Source: Eledone cirrhosa
Taxonomy: Eukaryota
NCBI GenBank assembly: GCA_964016885.1
Contig: CAXHJY010000730.1
Span: 1 to 64,000, forward strand
Reading direction: 5' to 3'
DNA: 64,000 nucleotides
Shown: positions 1-20,122 of the stretch, in pieces
Numbering within the stretch: the stretch's first letter is position 1
Layout: the number at the start of each line of letters is the position of its first letter
Notes under the pieces: model-generated
What the model saw: only the letters and a program-made list of their open reading frames with translations
The model's database searches: none
What the model was told of the DNA's origin: nothing
Translations under genes and position numbers: made by a program

Positions 1-5264
<5,264 letters not shown>

Positions 5265-6330
5265 CCCAGGGGAAAGTCCTGGGACCACTACTGTTTTTGG
5301 TGGCTCTCTCAGACATGCTCTCTGTAGTATATACAACAACATCCCTTACTAGCTCTGCTGATGACACTAAGGTCGCACAGGCAATCAAAAACCCGGCTGA
5401 CGCTGCCCTTTTACAGCAGGATCTGGATGCCATATACAAATGGGCGGAAGAAAACAACATGCAGTTTAATGGTGGCAAATTCCAAGCCCTACAATACAAA
5501 CCTACAAACACAAATATAGTGGAACACAGCTACACAGGACCAGGAGGGACCGATATCTCCGTGTCAAAATCGATACGAGACCTGGGCATAGACATGAGCG
5601 ATGATGCATCTTTTTCTTCACACATCATGAAAGTGGCGACAATGTGCAGACGACTCGCTGGCTGGATCTTGAGGACTTTCCGGACAAGAGATCGAGACAC
5701 CCATGTTGACACTATGGAGGACATTTGTCCTAAGCCGCCTGGACTACTGCTCCCAGTTGTGGTCACCCCATAGTGTCAAACTAACCATGGAGCTTGAGGC
5801 AATCTAGCGAAGCTACACCAAGAGGATTCCCAAGATGAGGGAGACAAGCTACTGGGAGAGGCTGAAGGAACTGAACCTCTACTCCTTGGAGCAAAGACGC
5901 GAAAGATACGCAGTGATCTACATGTGGAAAATCCTGGAGGGACTAGCACCAAACTTTGGCATTGGGAGCTGGACCAACTCTCAAACAGGACGTCACTGTG
6001 TGGTGCCAAAGGTCCCGTCTTCCACATCTAGAATAAGGAGCAGGTATTGCAATAGCCTGGGATTCAAGGGCCCTCAACACTTCAACAGACTGCCGAGGGA
6101 TCTGAGAGATTTGCATGACGTGGAGGTGGATGTCTTCAAGAAACATCTCGACACCTTGTTATCCAGGAACCCGGATGAGCCCACAGCAAGACACGAGGGA
6201 AACCTAAGGGCAGCAGCAACAAACTCCCTCTTACACCAGTGGAGATAAGGTTGGAGATAAAATGTGTTGAGAGAGAAACTGTGTCTGAGAGGGATAGAAT
6301 GTAGTGTACGGGAGAGGAGACTGATGTATC
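5265..6330 (+). mobile_element. 5'-truncated CR1-like LINE (RT C-terminal half, degenerate)
   Basis: [22 protein letters not shown] and YWERLKELNLYSLEQRRERY motifs with frameshifts. Confidence 0.88.
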
Positions 6331-6455
6331 TATATATATGTGTATATATATATATGTATATATATATATATGTTTATGTATATATATGTATAAGCGTGGA
6401 ATATGGACGTTAAACGATGATGATGATATATATATGTGTATATATATATATATAT

Positions 6456-9400
6456 CATCATCATCATCGTTTAACGTCCATGTTCCACGCTTGCATGGGT
6501 TTGGGCGAGAGTTTTCCCACTTGAGGCAAGAGTGGTTGTCTTGCTTGCATAGGACTGTCTGGCGGGTTTTCTACAGCTGGATGCCCTTCCTAACACCAAC
6601 CACATTTTCAGTGTGGGACTGGGAGGTTTTTACCGAGTTGCCTACACGGCCACATTACAGCATGGACTGTGTGTTTTTTGTCGTGACACCTACACGATCT
6701 CATTTGTTTCGGCCTGGATGTTGTGGCACCAACATAACTTTACATTGAAAGGGGCGGTGTGGATGGGGTGGTGGTGGTGGGACGGGGGTGTATTTTGTTA
6801 GAGATGCCTACTGACTGTAGTAGGTTTTACTTTGTATTTAGGTAAGGTGGGTCTTCTCTATTACTGAGTACCGCCAAAGGTCTCGGTCCAGTGACACTGT
6901 CTTGGAGAGGTGTAAGTGTGTGAGGTCGGAATTTATCAGCTCGTCCCAGGTTTTTCTGGGTCTGCCTACTCCGTGGCTACCGTATATCTTTATTGCCCTG
7001 CACTTTGTTATACAGCTGTCGTCTTTCATGCGCATCACGTGACCATACCAACGTAGCCTTCTCTCGAGTAAACAACATCTGATCCCTCTTATTTCTAATT
7101 TCTCACTTAGTTCATTTATGCTTTGCCGTTCACATATATTACTATTACACATCCAGTGGAGCATGTAAGCTTCGTTCCTCTCTAGTCTGCGTATATCCTC
7201 TGCACACAATGCCCAGGTCTCACTGCCATGCAACATTGCTGTTCGTATGCAGGCATCATACAACCTGCTTTTCATTTTTAGGGAGAACCATTTAGCGGCT
7301 AATAGTGGTATAAGCTCTCTGATCTTTTTCAATCCAGTTCTGACTCTAGCTACTGTACTTTCAGAGCACCCTCCACCACTGCTGATTTTGTCACCCAGGT
7401 AATGGAAGCTGTCCACTATTTCTAAAGAACCCTCTGCGCAATTGAAAGAGCTAGTATTTTGTGGGCACTTGCTGCTACTTATTGCACCAGAGCACCGGCC
7501 ACATGTAAAAATCTATGTTCTTAGTTAGCTTACCTGTGATCCCACTACATCTTTTATGCACCCATACTTTGCATTTGGGACACAAAAATGGAGTTTCTAC
7601 CTACGCCTTTCCTACACACTGAGCATGGCCATTTCCCGGAAGGGACTGGCGCCGTATTTTCTTTCCTACAAACTAGAACTTTAGTCTTAGCCAGGTTAAT
7701 TTTAAGGCCTTTTGATTCTAGGCCGTGCTTCCATGTTTGGAATTTCTTCTCTAGCTCGGCCATTGATTCAGCTATGAGCGTTAGATCATCTGCGTATAGG
7801 AGTTCCCATGGGCAGCCGGTCTTGAACTCCACTGTTATAGCCTGAAGGGCAATAATAAATAGTAGGGGGCTAAGAACAGAGCCCTGATGAACACCAACTT
7901 TTACACTAAACTCTTCACTATATTCGTTGTTAATTCTAACCTAGCTGACTGTTTCTTTATACATGGCTTGTATAGCTCTCACAAGCCATTCGTCAACACC
8001 TAGTTTTCTAAGAGCCCACCAGATAATGGAACAGGGGACTCTGTCGAAGGCTTTCTCCAAGTCAACAAAAGCTAAGTATAGGGGTTTACTTTTAGCTAGG
8101 TACTTCTCCTGTAGTTGTCGTACAATGAAAAGAGCATCTGTAGTACTTTTGCCTGACACAAACCCGAACTGCATTTCATCTAGATCAATTCTCTCTCTGA
8201 TTAGTTGCACTATTACTTTTTCCGTGACCTTCATGAGCTGGTCGATTAATTTAATGCCTCTATAGTTACTCCTATCTAGGGCATCTCCTTTACCCTTATA
8301 ACAGTTAACGATGATGCTGCTACGCCAGTCCTTCGGAACAACCCCATTCTGTATGACTTGGTTTACTATCCGGGTGACCATGGTGTGTCCCACCATTCCA
8401 GAGGCTTTCAGCATCTCAGCAACTATTTCCAAAGGCCCAGCCGCCTTACCCATCTTCATATCTTTGATTGCCTTACTTATTATACTACCTTCGACTAACA
8501 CTGCCGGTCCCTCTATTGGGTCGATGTGGGGGAGACTGTCTTTCTCCCATTTATTCTCCTCATTTAGAAGCCTTTCGTAGTGACACTTCCAAGCTACCTT
8601 CTTATCAGCGAAGTACACTTGTCTCCTAGCTTCCCTCCTGGCCACTTGATAGTCTTCTCTACTTCCCCCATCCCGCCATACTTTCCAAGCCTGCTTTCTG
8701 GCCTTAATTGACTCCTCCACCTTACTGTTCCACCACCATGTTTCTCTACTCCTACCTACAGGCCTGCTTCAGCCACAGACTTCGTCTGCCGCCGTCAGCA
8801 GGTTTGCTTTCAGGAATTCCCACTGTTCCTCTATATTATACGACTCTAATTGCTCTTCCTTACTGTCGAAAGCATCAAGTAACATGCTTTGAAATTTATT
8901 TCTGGCTGTGGGGTCCTTTAGCTTCCATATTTTTCTCCTGAGGATGGTCCTCTTCTGTTGTCTAGTACGTCTCATCCTGACTATGAGGTCGCTAATTAGC
9001 AGTCTATGTTGGGAGGTGCATTCTTCATGTGGGAGGGATTTAGTGTTTACAACAGACACTGTCACGTCTCCTGGTAAGGATATAATCTACCTGGCTTGTG
9101 TGTTCCCCCGATCTATAGGTGATCAAGTGATTGTCTCGTTTTTTGAAGTTAGTGTTACATATAGTTAGGTTATTTGCGTCACAGAATTCCAGGATTCTGG
9201 AGCCTTCCTCATTTCTAGTACCAAACCCATAGCCTCCATGGATTCCGTCATAGCCGACACAATGTTGTCCAACGTGACCATTTAGGTCGCCAGCAATAAT
9301 TGTATAGTCACTGTCGGTTATTTGGGAGGTAGTGAGCATCAGTGTCTCATAGAATCTGTCTTTTATAGTGCCGGGCAGTCCGGATTGGGGTGCGTACGCA

Positions 9401-9950
9401 GATATTACTGTCACCGTAGTTCTATTGAGGACAAGTCTTATTTGAATTATTCTGTCGTTCACTCTATTTAGGTCTATTATCTTATCTGCCCACTTTTCTG
9501 CTAACATGATTCCTACTCCACCCAGAAAAGTTTATAGCATCGTTTTTTACCCACAATGAATCTAGCAGACCCACCCCTCCACCTAGTCTCTTGAACACAA
9601 CAAACATCAACTTCCTTACGTTCAAGCATCTCTACAACCTCGTTCGAGCGACCTTTTAAAGTGCCTAGATTCCTGGTATCAACTCTGAAGTTTTGGATTT
9701 CGTTTGGAGGGTGGGAGGAGTGAGGGAGATGGGGTTATGTTAGCCATCCGTGGCCAAAATAAAGAGGAGTCATTGCATTATCGTCCGGCAGCGGGAGGTG
9801 AATTTATCTTTATCTTTGGCATTGTCATTGAGTGTCCAGACTTTTCAGACTCCAGAATTCTATAGTCCATCTAGCATATCGAAAAGCAACCAGGTCTAAA
9901 CTTAAGGAGTGATAGCCAAGGCGGTGGTTTTGTGAAAGAGAAACATATTA
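6456..9950 (-). mobile_element. Near full-length degenerate RTE-clade LINE (AP endonuclease, RT, PHD finger)
   Basis: SAYAPQ and AGDLNGH endonuclease motifs, [37 protein letters not shown]; (GAT)n tail; 5' end approximate. Confidence 0.92.
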
Positions 9951-10023
9951 TAAGCCACTGCATTATGATTGGGCCAAATAATAATGGTGATGAGTGGGGG
10001 AAGGGGGATCTGGGGGAGTTAGC

Positions 10024-10370
10024 GAACCCATGCTTTGATTTACACGAAACTTGTTTTATTCCATTTGTATTCCCATTTCAGGGTCAACTTCCTTTCAAAG
10101 TATTTTCCCATTATGCGCCCTTTGGGCTCTATTACAGACAGACAAACAACCACTATCTCTTTCTCTCTGTTTATGAGTGTACCCAGAAAACCCCATATCT
10201 CGGGAACCTGTGCTTCGATTTACATGAAACTTGTTTTATTCCATTTGTATTCCCATTTCAGGGTCAACTTCCTTTCAAAGTATTTTCCCATTATGCACCC
10301 TATTGGCTGTATTACATTAGACAAGCAAGCAAGCAATCACAGAGTTTTAGTAATATATATATATATATGG
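10024..10370. repeat. Direct duplication (about 115-bp unit, 180-bp period) in a repeat remnant upstream of coding exon 1
   Basis: PCFDLHETCFIPFVFPFQGQLPFKVFSHYAP segment appears twice. Confidence 0.8.
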
Positions 10371-10435
10371 AAACATAGTTTCCTTACTTCTTTTCTGTTC
10401 CATCTTTAGTTAAACAGTTTTATATATATTTTTGA

Positions 10436-10549
<114 letters not shown>

Positions 10550-10661
10550 TAAGTTTAAATCTTGTCTAGTTGTTTATAGCCATTTGTTCTTGATGGCATA
10601 TATGTGCACCTGTTGCTTAACCTATTAACTCATATATTTAACCTTTAGCATTTACATTATC

Positions 10662-11020
10662 ATTTCATTTTTCATCATTTCATTTTACGTCCGCTTTTTC
10701 CCTGCTTGCAAGGGTGGGACGGGAACTGATACTACAGCTGATTACTACAGCTGATTTCTACAGCTAGATGCCCTTCCTAACACCAACCTCATTTACAGTG
10801 AGTACTGGGTGCTTTTTTGCCGTGTCACCTCCACAACCACTTTGCAGTGGAATGATATGGACCCCAGTCCCTATCATCTTATTTCTACAGCTGAGTAAAC
10901 TGGAGCAATGTGAAATAAAGTGTCTTGCTCAAGGAAACAACACATCACCCGGTCTGAGAATTGAACTCACAACCTTTCAATTGCAAGGCCTATGCTCTAA
11001 CCACTAAGCCATGTGCCCCC
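10662..11020 (-). mobile_element. tRNA-derived CORE-like SINE with RTE-derived 3' tail
   Basis: A box TGGCTTAGTGG, B box GAGTTCAATTC, TTGAGCAAGACACTT core, tail shared with local RTEs; target-site duplication acattat. Confidence 0.88.
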
Positions 11021-11026
11021 ACATTA

Positions 11027-11741
11027 TCTATATATTAATACGCTTATACCTACGTACGGTACGTCCGTCTGTGTGTGTCACGCTTTCAGTAAAACAATGG
11101 AAGTGGGGTGGTAAATAATCTACGGCCAATGAAAATCAAAGAGCGTTGTAACGTTTGGAAAGGAGAGAGAGAGGGGGTTATAACATAGAGAAAGGGATGG
11201 GTTATTATGTATAGAGAGAGGGGTTATAATATAGAGAAAGGGATGAGTTATAATATATAGAGAGAAGGGGGTTATAATATAGAGAAAGGAGGGCTAAATA
11301 TATATAGAGAGGGGTATTATAATATATAGATAAAGGGATGGGTTTATAATATAGAGAGGGGGTTATACTATATTTAAAGAGAGGGGTTTATAATATAGAG
11401 AAAGGGATGGGTTATAATATATATATATAAAGAGAGGGGGGGGGGGTTAATAGAGAAAGGGATGGGTTTATATATAGAGAGCGGGGGGTTTTAATATATT
11501 TAGAGAGAGGGGATTATAATATAGAGAAAGAAGGGTATAAAATATATATATAGAGGGGGTCAAATATATATATATTGAGAGAAAGGGGTTATAATATAGA
11601 GAAAGGAGGGTTAAAATATATATATAGAGAGGGGTGTTATAATATATAGAGAAAGGGATGGGTTTATATAGAGTGAGAGGAGGGTTTTAATATATTTAGC
11701 GAGAGGGGATTATCCCTGAATTTTTTCACGGGTCCTGCTAG
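11027..11741 (+). mobile_element. Non-autonomous Helitron with internal GA-rich minisatellite
   Basis: A|TC start, subterminal hairpin ccctgaattttttcacggg, CTAG|T end. Confidence 0.8.
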
Positions 11742-12009
11742 TATATACTATTTTGGTAGTCAGTAGCAAGATTGTTAGGAAGATGGAGATGTAGAAATGT
11801 TCTAATGGTTCAAAAATTATGGATCAGGTGTAGTTTTTTTTATACAAAAATAATTTATTCTTTGATTATTTTGAACATTTTACAAAATGTATGTAGCAAG
11901 GTTTTCTGTGTGAAGATCCCAGTGAAACGAATGTTTTTTTTTTTTCTAATAGGCCAAAAATGCAGTGAGACAGGGTCTAATTTATCCTTACTTACTGTCA
12001 GGGATTGAA

Positions 12010-12765
12010 ATATTTGGTAAAACAATAAATCCCTGAAAGGCCATCCAGCGAACTACTCTTTTCTACTCATCAACACTTTTGTCTTAGCTAGGTTCACTCT
12101 CAGTCCTCTTGATTTCAACTGTTGTTTCCATAGCCAGAATGTATTATCTAGCTCCTCTACTGATTCTGCTATAAGAACCAGATCATCAGCATAGAGAAGT
12201 TCCCATGGGCAGCCAGTCTTAAAGTCCTCTGTTATGGCTAAGAATGAATAAGAGTGGGCTAAGGGCCGAACCCTGATGTACTCCTACTCCTTTTTTACAT
12301 CTCAAACATGGCAATTTCCCTGATGGAATCGGAGTTTTGTCCTCTTTCCTATATATCAACTGTTTAGTCTTAGCTAGGTTCACTCTCAGTCCTCTTGATT
12401 CCAACTGCTGTTTCCATAGCCAGAATTTATTCTCTAGCTCCTCTACTGATTCTGCTATAAGTACCATATCGTTAGCATAGAGAAGTTCCCATGGACAGCC
12501 AGTCTTAAACTCCTCTGTTATGTGTAGATGACTATAATGAACAAGAGCGGGCCGAGGACCGAACCTTGATGTACACCTACTTGTATCTGGAATTCCTCAC
12601 TAAACTCCATACCTACTCTCACTTTACTGACAGCACCCCTGTACATAGCTTGCACTGTCCCCACAAGCCATTCCTCAACACCTAGTTTCCTTAGGGACCA
12701 CCAGATGACAGATCGGGGTACCCTATCAAAGGCCTTCTCTAGGTCAACAAAAGCTAAGTATTTCA
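12010..12765 (-). mobile_element. Rearranged RTE RT fragments
   Basis: FVDLEKAFDRVP and VGVHQGS motifs, with the ELLYADD segment repeated. Confidence 0.85.
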
Positions 12766-12789
12766 ATTATTTCTCTTTCAACTTTTCAG

Positions 12790-13230
12790 GACCGTTTTTC
12801 TGATTGTTTACGCTTGTAAATATTCTGTATATATTAATCTTCCCTGGCTTCTTAATATTCTCTACCAGATACTTCGTCTTAATCTCATTCATTCTCAGCC
12901 CCACAATCATCGACACAGTCTCCACTTCCTCCATCAAATCCTCTGCCTCCTTCACGGTGTTTGTCACCAAAACTATGTCGTCGGCAAATTGAGCATCCAA
13001 TATCTTTTTCGCCTTAACTCTCCTGCTCGAGCCGGTGTTACAGCTCAAAAGTGACACAGAGGAGACTGAGGTTAACTGGACATGCTCACCGACATCCAGA
13101 GTTGACATTGCACTCAGTGCTCCTTTGGGAGCCCCTGCATGGTCACACTGGAAGAGGAAGACCGAGGTTAACATATGTTGATGCCCTATGGCGGAGACGC
13201 AGGACATGGCAGCGATAATGAGGGACAGAG
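12790..13230 (-). mobile_element. Fragment of a different LINE family (RTE-like RT)
   Basis: LDAQFADDIVL...GLRMNEIKTKY. Confidence 0.7.
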
Positions 13231-13231
13231 A

Positions 13232-13996
<765 letters not shown>

Positions 13997-14331
13997 TAGA
14001 CAAGATAACTAGTCCCAACATGTTTGAACTCTTTTCCAACATTTCATAACTTCAAAGTTATGAACTCTTTTCCAACAAGCTGACAAACCTTGCTCTGACC
14101 AAGCTAAAGAAAATTACTAAACCTGCATTTTCTACTACAGAGTCCATTCTCACACATGTCAAGGTACATAACGGGTCATAACACCATACAACCCTCATTT
14201 TAGATATTACTACAACTGTTTAGCAATTAATTTATTGATTGTAGGAAATTATTATTTATATTATTTACTTTTACAAATCTGTGATCTTTAAAGGTTCAGT
14301 AATGCATCTTTCTGAGATCTGTACCCTAGAC

Positions 14332-14440
14332 CAGTGGCTCCCAACCTTTTTTAGCTCATGACCCACTTTGAACCCAGAATTTTTCTGCGGCCCATGAAAT
14401 TATTATAGTGTAAAAAATTACTTCCATCTTACATAGAATA
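14332..14440 (+). mobile_element. hAT (Charlie-like) MITE left end
   Basis: CAGTGGCTCCCAACC terminus preceded by ctagac. Confidence 0.5.
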
Positions 14441-14495
14441 TATCTCTTATATATAACTCATTTCCAACAGTTCATAATTCTTTTTTTTTCTTCAG

Positions 14496-14578
14496 AAATT
14501 TTGGATTTTGGTTATCCGCAGAACACAGACACTGGAATTTTAAAGACATTCATTACTCAGCAGGGTGTCAAATCTCAG
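14496..14578 (+). CDS. AP2M1: AP2M1 coding exon 3 (EILDFGYPQNTDTGILKTFITQQGVKSQ)
   Basis: DFGYPQ mu-adaptin signature; AG and GTAAGT boundaries; 83 nt. Confidence 0.97.
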
Positions 14579-15094
14579 GTAAGTTGTCACCCCTATCATC
14601 ATCATTTTACGTCCGCTATTCCCTGTTTGCAAGGGTGGGACGGGTCCTATCCAGCACAGCATCTCTCCATTAGTCACGGTCCTTCATCTCCACCGTCCAT
14701 CCAACTAGTACTTTTTTTTTAATCTGGGAGTGAAAGGACCCCAATTGTTGTCACAACACCTTTCAAGAGAGGGAAACTCTGAAAAAAAAAAACCTGCGGC
14801 TTCAGAAGCATCCGATGATGTTGACCAGTTCTTCATTTCAGGTAGTGTTTTTGATGTTCAGAGAGTGGGATTGGTGGAGTGCAAGGCCTTTCCCCACTTA
14901 AAAAACCTTCAAAACACAGGCATTGGTTGTTTAGGATATGTTACAGGTTTGTGTGACTGGCCGTAGCCTAAAAGTGCACCAAACTCTATGTGACAAGCAA
15001 TTGCAATACTCTTAGCAGAGTTTGCAGCCTATATATATATATGTATGTATGTATGTGGGTAGGTATGTATGTATTGAGTGTGAATGCTGTTTTT

Positions 15095-15610
15095 CATCAT
15101 TATCATCATTTTACGTCTGCTTTTCCCTGCTTGCAAGAGTGGGACAGATCCTATTCAGCACAGCATCTCTCCACTTGTCATGGTTCTTCATCATCCCCTC
15201 CGTGAGCTTCAGTGATCTGAGGTCTGCTCTCACCACCTCCGCTCATGTTGTTCGTGATCTTCCTCTACTGGGATTTCTTGGCACGTCTTTACCCAGCGGT
15301 CATCCTCCATACACATCACATGTCCATACCATCTCAGTCTTCTCTCCTGCACACTACAGCTTATCCCTCTTATACGCACTTTCTCTCTCACCACCTCTGC
15401 CAATGTTTTCCATGGTCTTCCTCTACTGCGTCTTCCTTCCACTGGCATTTCTTGGTACGTCTTTACCCAGCGGTCATCCTCCATGCACATCATATGTCCA
15501 TACCATCTCAGTCTTTTCTCCCGCACACCACAACTTATCCCTCTTAAACACAGTTTCTCTCTCAGCTCCCTAAACTTATCCAACCCGTCCTTAATTCTAG
15601 ATACTATGGT
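15095..15610 (-). mobile_element. RTE 3' fragment with internal duplication
   Basis: [16 protein letters not shown] occurs twice. Confidence 0.85.
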
Positions 15611-15704
15611 CATTAGTGTGCATATATTTTTCATATATATTAGTGTGCATATATTTTTCATATATATTTAGCCAGGTGTGCTGCTATTTTTTTGCCTGGT
15701 CTAA

Positions 15705-15899
<195 letters not shown>

Positions 15900-15932
15900 T
15901 GAAGCATATGTACATATAACACACCTCCCACT

Positions 15933-16390
15933 ACACACTGTAAAGTGGTCATGTAGGTGTTACAACAAAAAGTACCCAGTACACACTGTAAAGTGGTCAT
16001 GTAGGTGTTACAACAAAAAGTACCCAGTACACACTGTAAAGTGGTCATGTAGGTGTCACAACAAATAGTACCCAGTACACACTGTAAAGTGGTCATGTAG
16101 GTGTCACAACAAAAAGTACCCAGTCCACACTGTAAAGTGGTCAAGTAGGTGTCACAACAAAAAGTACCCAGTCCACACTGTAAAGTGGTCAAGTAGGTGT
16201 CACAACAAAAAGTACCCAGTCCACACTGTAAAGTGGTCAAGTAGGTGTCACAACAAAAAGTACCCAGTCCACACTGTAAAGTGGTCATATAGGTGTCACA
16301 ACAAAAAGTACCCAGTACACACTGTAAAGTGGTCATGTAGGTGTCACAACAAATAGTACCCAGTACACACTGTAAAGTGGTCATATAGGT
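15933..16390. repeat. 45-bp tandem repeat, about 10 copies, derived from RTE/SINE 3' UTR sequence
   Basis: cactgtaaagtggtcatgtaggtgtcacaacaaaaagtacccagt unit; related copy near 24880-25030. Confidence 0.92.
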
Positions 16391-17071
16391 TATATCAGAA
16401 CAAAGTCCAGCAATTATCCCAGTACATTACTAGTACTTTATTTTATCGACCCCGCAAGGATGAAAGGTAAAGTTAACCTCAGCGGGATTTGAACTCAGAC
16501 CATAAAGTAAAGGGTTGCAACTCCTTGCTGCATAGCATGGTGTCCGACCCTCTACCGGTATTGCCAATCCACCGCCCTTCTGATATAAAATAATAAAGTG
16601 GACAGTCTCACAGTTCTCCAATCATTATATATAAGGTTATTTATGTTTAATCAAGAGCCAAGAAATTTAGTAGATACATTACGTAATATTCATTCCTGAT
16701 TTATTCAAAGTAATCCAACTTATTTAAAAAAAGTGATATAAAATAATAAACTGGACACAGTTCTCCAACCATTCATCATCATTTTCCGTCCGCTTTTCCC
16801 TGCTTGCAAGGGTGGGATGGGTCCTATTCAGCACAGCATCTCTCCACTTGTTACGGTCCTTCGTCATCTCCACCGTGAGCTTCAGCGATCTGAGGTCAGT
16901 TCTCACCACCTCCGCCCATGTTTTTCGTGGTCTACCTCTAATGGGATTTCTTGGCACTTCTTCACCCATCGGTCATCCTCCATGTACATCACATGTCCAT
17001 ACCATCTCAGCCTTCTCTCCTGCACACCACAACTTATCCCTCTTATACTCACAACTCACCTATGCTTGGTC
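16369..17071. repeat. Left arm of ~700-bp inverted duplication (partner 20406-21111)
   Basis: Reverse complement nearly identical; mirrored ORFs 16430-16621(-)/20859-21050(+) and 16724-16969(-)/20508-20756(+). Confidence 0.93.
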
Positions 17072-18050
17072 GTTCACTTACATTGACATTGCACATCCAT
17101 CGGAGCATGCTTGCTTCATTTCTCTCCAGCTGTCGCATATCCTCTGCAGTTGCTGCCCATGTCTCACTACCATGCAGCATCACGCATCTCACACAGGCAT
17201 CATACAACCGTCCTTTTGTATGCATGGAGAAACCCTTCTTAGTCAACAGAGGAAGCAGCTCCCTAAACTTCTTCCAACCCGTCCTTATTCTAGATACTAT
17301 GGCCTTGGAACACCCCTCCCATGCTAATCTGATCATCTAGGTACCGGAAGCTATCCACCGCTTCTATAGCACCCTACTGCATTTGAAAAATGTGTCTATC
17401 ACTGCTACTTCTACTGTCAAATTTCCCTGTACGTCTACTGCATACGTATTTCTCCTTACCTGTTAGTTTGCCTGCTATCCCGCTACATCTCTTGTGTACC
17501 CAAGATCTGCATTGTGGACATTTTATGGAATTTATGCCAGTTTTTTTTCTGCATATCGAACATGGCCATTTCCCTGACAGAATCATAGTTTTGTCCTCTT
17601 TTCTACTCAACACATTTGTCTTAGCTAGGTTCACTCTCAGTCCTCTTGCTTCCAATTGCTGTTTCCATAGCCAGAATTCATTCTCTAGCTCCTCTACTGA
17701 TTCTGCTATAAGAACCAGATCATCAGCATAGAGAAGTTCCCATGGACAACCAGTCTTAAACTCCTCTGTTATGGCTTGGAGGACTATAATGAACAAGAGC
17801 GGGCTGAGGACTGAACCCTGATGTACTCCTACTTGTATCTGGAATTCCTCACTAAACTCCATTCCTACCCTCACTTTACTGACATCACCTCTGTACATAG
17901 CTTGCGCTGTCCTCACAAGCCATTCCTCTACACCTAGTTTCCTTAGGGATCACCAGATGACAGATCGGGGTATCCTATCAAATGCCTTCTCTATGTCAAC
18001 TAAAGCTAAGTATAGTGACTTATTCTTCTCTAAGAACCTCTCTTGTAGTT
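16770..18050 (-). mobile_element. 5'-truncated RTE LINE ending about 30 nt before exon 5
   Basis: VGVHQGSVLSPLLF, LLYADD, PHD finger, [11 protein letters not shown]. Confidence 0.9.
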
Positions 18051-18082
18051 GTCTCAACATTATATACAATTATTTTTTTTAG

Positions 18083-18230
18083 GTCAAGTGCTCAGTGCCC
18101 ATGTCGCAGGTAAAGTTGTAATGAAAAGTTACCTGAGTGGCATGCCTGAATGCAAATTTGGGATAAATGATAAGTTACTGGTGGACATTAAAGGAAAAGG
18201 AAGCCTCGATGAGGGCGGTAGAGCTGGCGG
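18083..18230 (+). CDS. AP2M1: AP2M1 coding exon 5 ([31 protein letters not shown]...GGRAG)
   Basis: [12 protein letters not shown] signature; ttttAG and GTGAGT boundaries; 148 nt. Confidence 0.95.
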
Positions 18231-18239
18231 GTGAGTTAT

Positions 18240-20122
18240 TTAACCCTTAAGCATTCATATTAATTTATCAAATGTCATGTTTATCTATTCACATTATTTT
18301 CAGTTAATCATACTCAAGAGGGTTATCAATTTTATTTGTTTGTAATTTTCTTAATTTTCTATGTGTAGACTTGAAATTTTGTCAGATGTTTAAATATCAA
18401 TAATTTTACCTGGTGTTTTTAGTTAAATTTGACTTTTATGGGCAGGTGAAATTAATTAACAGGGGCATTTGAAGTATCAACCAGGTGCAAATACTGATTT
18501 TTTAATTTTAAATACCTTGTTTTCGGCATAATACACAAAATCAGCAGTGGGGGAGGGTGCTCTGAAAGTACAGTAGCTAGAGTCAGAACTGGATGGAAAA
18601 AGTTCAGAGAGCTTATACCACTATTAGCCGCTAGAGGGTTCTCCCTAAAAATGAAAGGCAGGTTATACGAACAGCAATGCTGCATGGCAGTGAGACCTGG
18701 GCATTGTGTGCAGAGGATATACGCAGACTAGAGAGGAACGAAGCTTGCATGCTCCGCTGGATGTGCAATAGTAATATACGTGAACGGCAAAGCATAAACG
18801 AACTAAGGAAAAAATTAGAAATAAGAGGGATCAGATGTTGTTTACTCGAGAGAAGGCTACGTTGGTACGGTCACGTGATGCGCATGAAAGACGACAGCTG
18901 TATAACAAAGTGCAGGGCAATAAAGATAGACGGTAGCCACGGAGTAGGCAGACCCAGAAAAACATGGGACGAGCTGATAAATTCCGACCTCACACGCTTA
19001 CACCTCTCCAAGACAATGTCACTGGACCGAGACCTTTGGCGGTACTCAGTAATAGAGAAGACCCGCCTTACCTAAATACAAAGTAAAACCTACTACAGTC
19101 AGTAGGCATCTCTATCAAAACACACCCCCGTCCCACCACCTCCACCCCACCCACACCGCCCCTTTCAATGTAAAGTTATGTTGGTCCCACAACATCCAGG
19201 CCGAAACAAATGAGATCGTGTAGGTGTCACGACAAAAAAACACACAGTCCACGCTGTAAATGTGACCGTGTAGGCAACACGGTAAAAACCTCCCAGCCCT
19301 ACACTGTAAATGTGGTTGGTGTTAGGAAGGGCATCCAGCTGTAGAAAACCCGCCAGACAGTCCACGCTGTAATGTGGCCGTGTAGGCAACACGGTAAAAA
19401 CCTCCCAGCCCCACACTGTAAATGTGGTTGGTGTTAGGAAGGGCATCCAACTAGAAAACCCGCCAGACAGTCCTATGCGAGCAAGACAACCACTCTTGCC
19501 TCAAGTGGGAAAACCCCCGTCCAAACCCATGCAAGCGTGGAACACGGACGCTAAACCTGATGATGATATAAGGGTCACTAAACCTTATATCAGTGTTCCA
19601 GTAATTCCACAGTCTTGGAAATTGTTTTATACCGACCATGATATTTACGGTAAAAAATGCTTGCATTTCCGCAGCATCTGTTGGTCGCCATAAGAGATCG
19701 GGTTTTCCTTGATTTGAAATCTGTTGTTGGGTATATCGATTAGTCTCAAAACAACAATCATCGTCAGACGAAATTTCAGAAATATACATGTCTGATTCAT
19801 TTGAAGATAAATCAATAATATTATCTTTTGTTTCTTGTTCATTTTGAATGTCGTCGAGTGTAAAACCTTCAAAGTTGGTATCGCTACTTTCACAAGCCAA
19901 GTTGATACACACAAAAAATCTCTTCTACTTTCAACGTTAAAAAAACACATGTTGTTTTAAGTTGTTTCACTATGTTAAGTGTTAATTTTCGCGGCAAGGG
20001 CCTAATCTCGCAGTAATCTCGAATTGACGGGGTTTTGATGATGGTATTGTTTATTTTTAGAACTATATTTTAGTGTGGGTGTTATCGGCCATTTTCAGCC
20101 GGATTGAACACTAAAGGGTTAA
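18240..20122 (-). mobile_element. piggyBac-family remnant with transposase N-terminal fragment and a nested RTE
   Basis: TTAA-CCCT at 18240 and AGGG-TTAA at 20122; ORF 19451-19912 has an acidic N-terminus and WRPTDAAEMQAFF..MVGIKQFPRLWNYWNTD, typical of piggyBac/PGBD transposases. Confidence 0.75.
18535..19566 (+). mobile_element. RTE 3' fragment nested in the piggyBac remnant
   Basis: MLHGSETW...RPRKTW, 3' UTR and (GAT)n tail. Confidence 0.9.

Noticed and set aside
10985-11017. tRNA genes at A/B-box sites
   Set aside because: Heads of SINEs followed by core and LINE-derived tails; no complete cloverleaf
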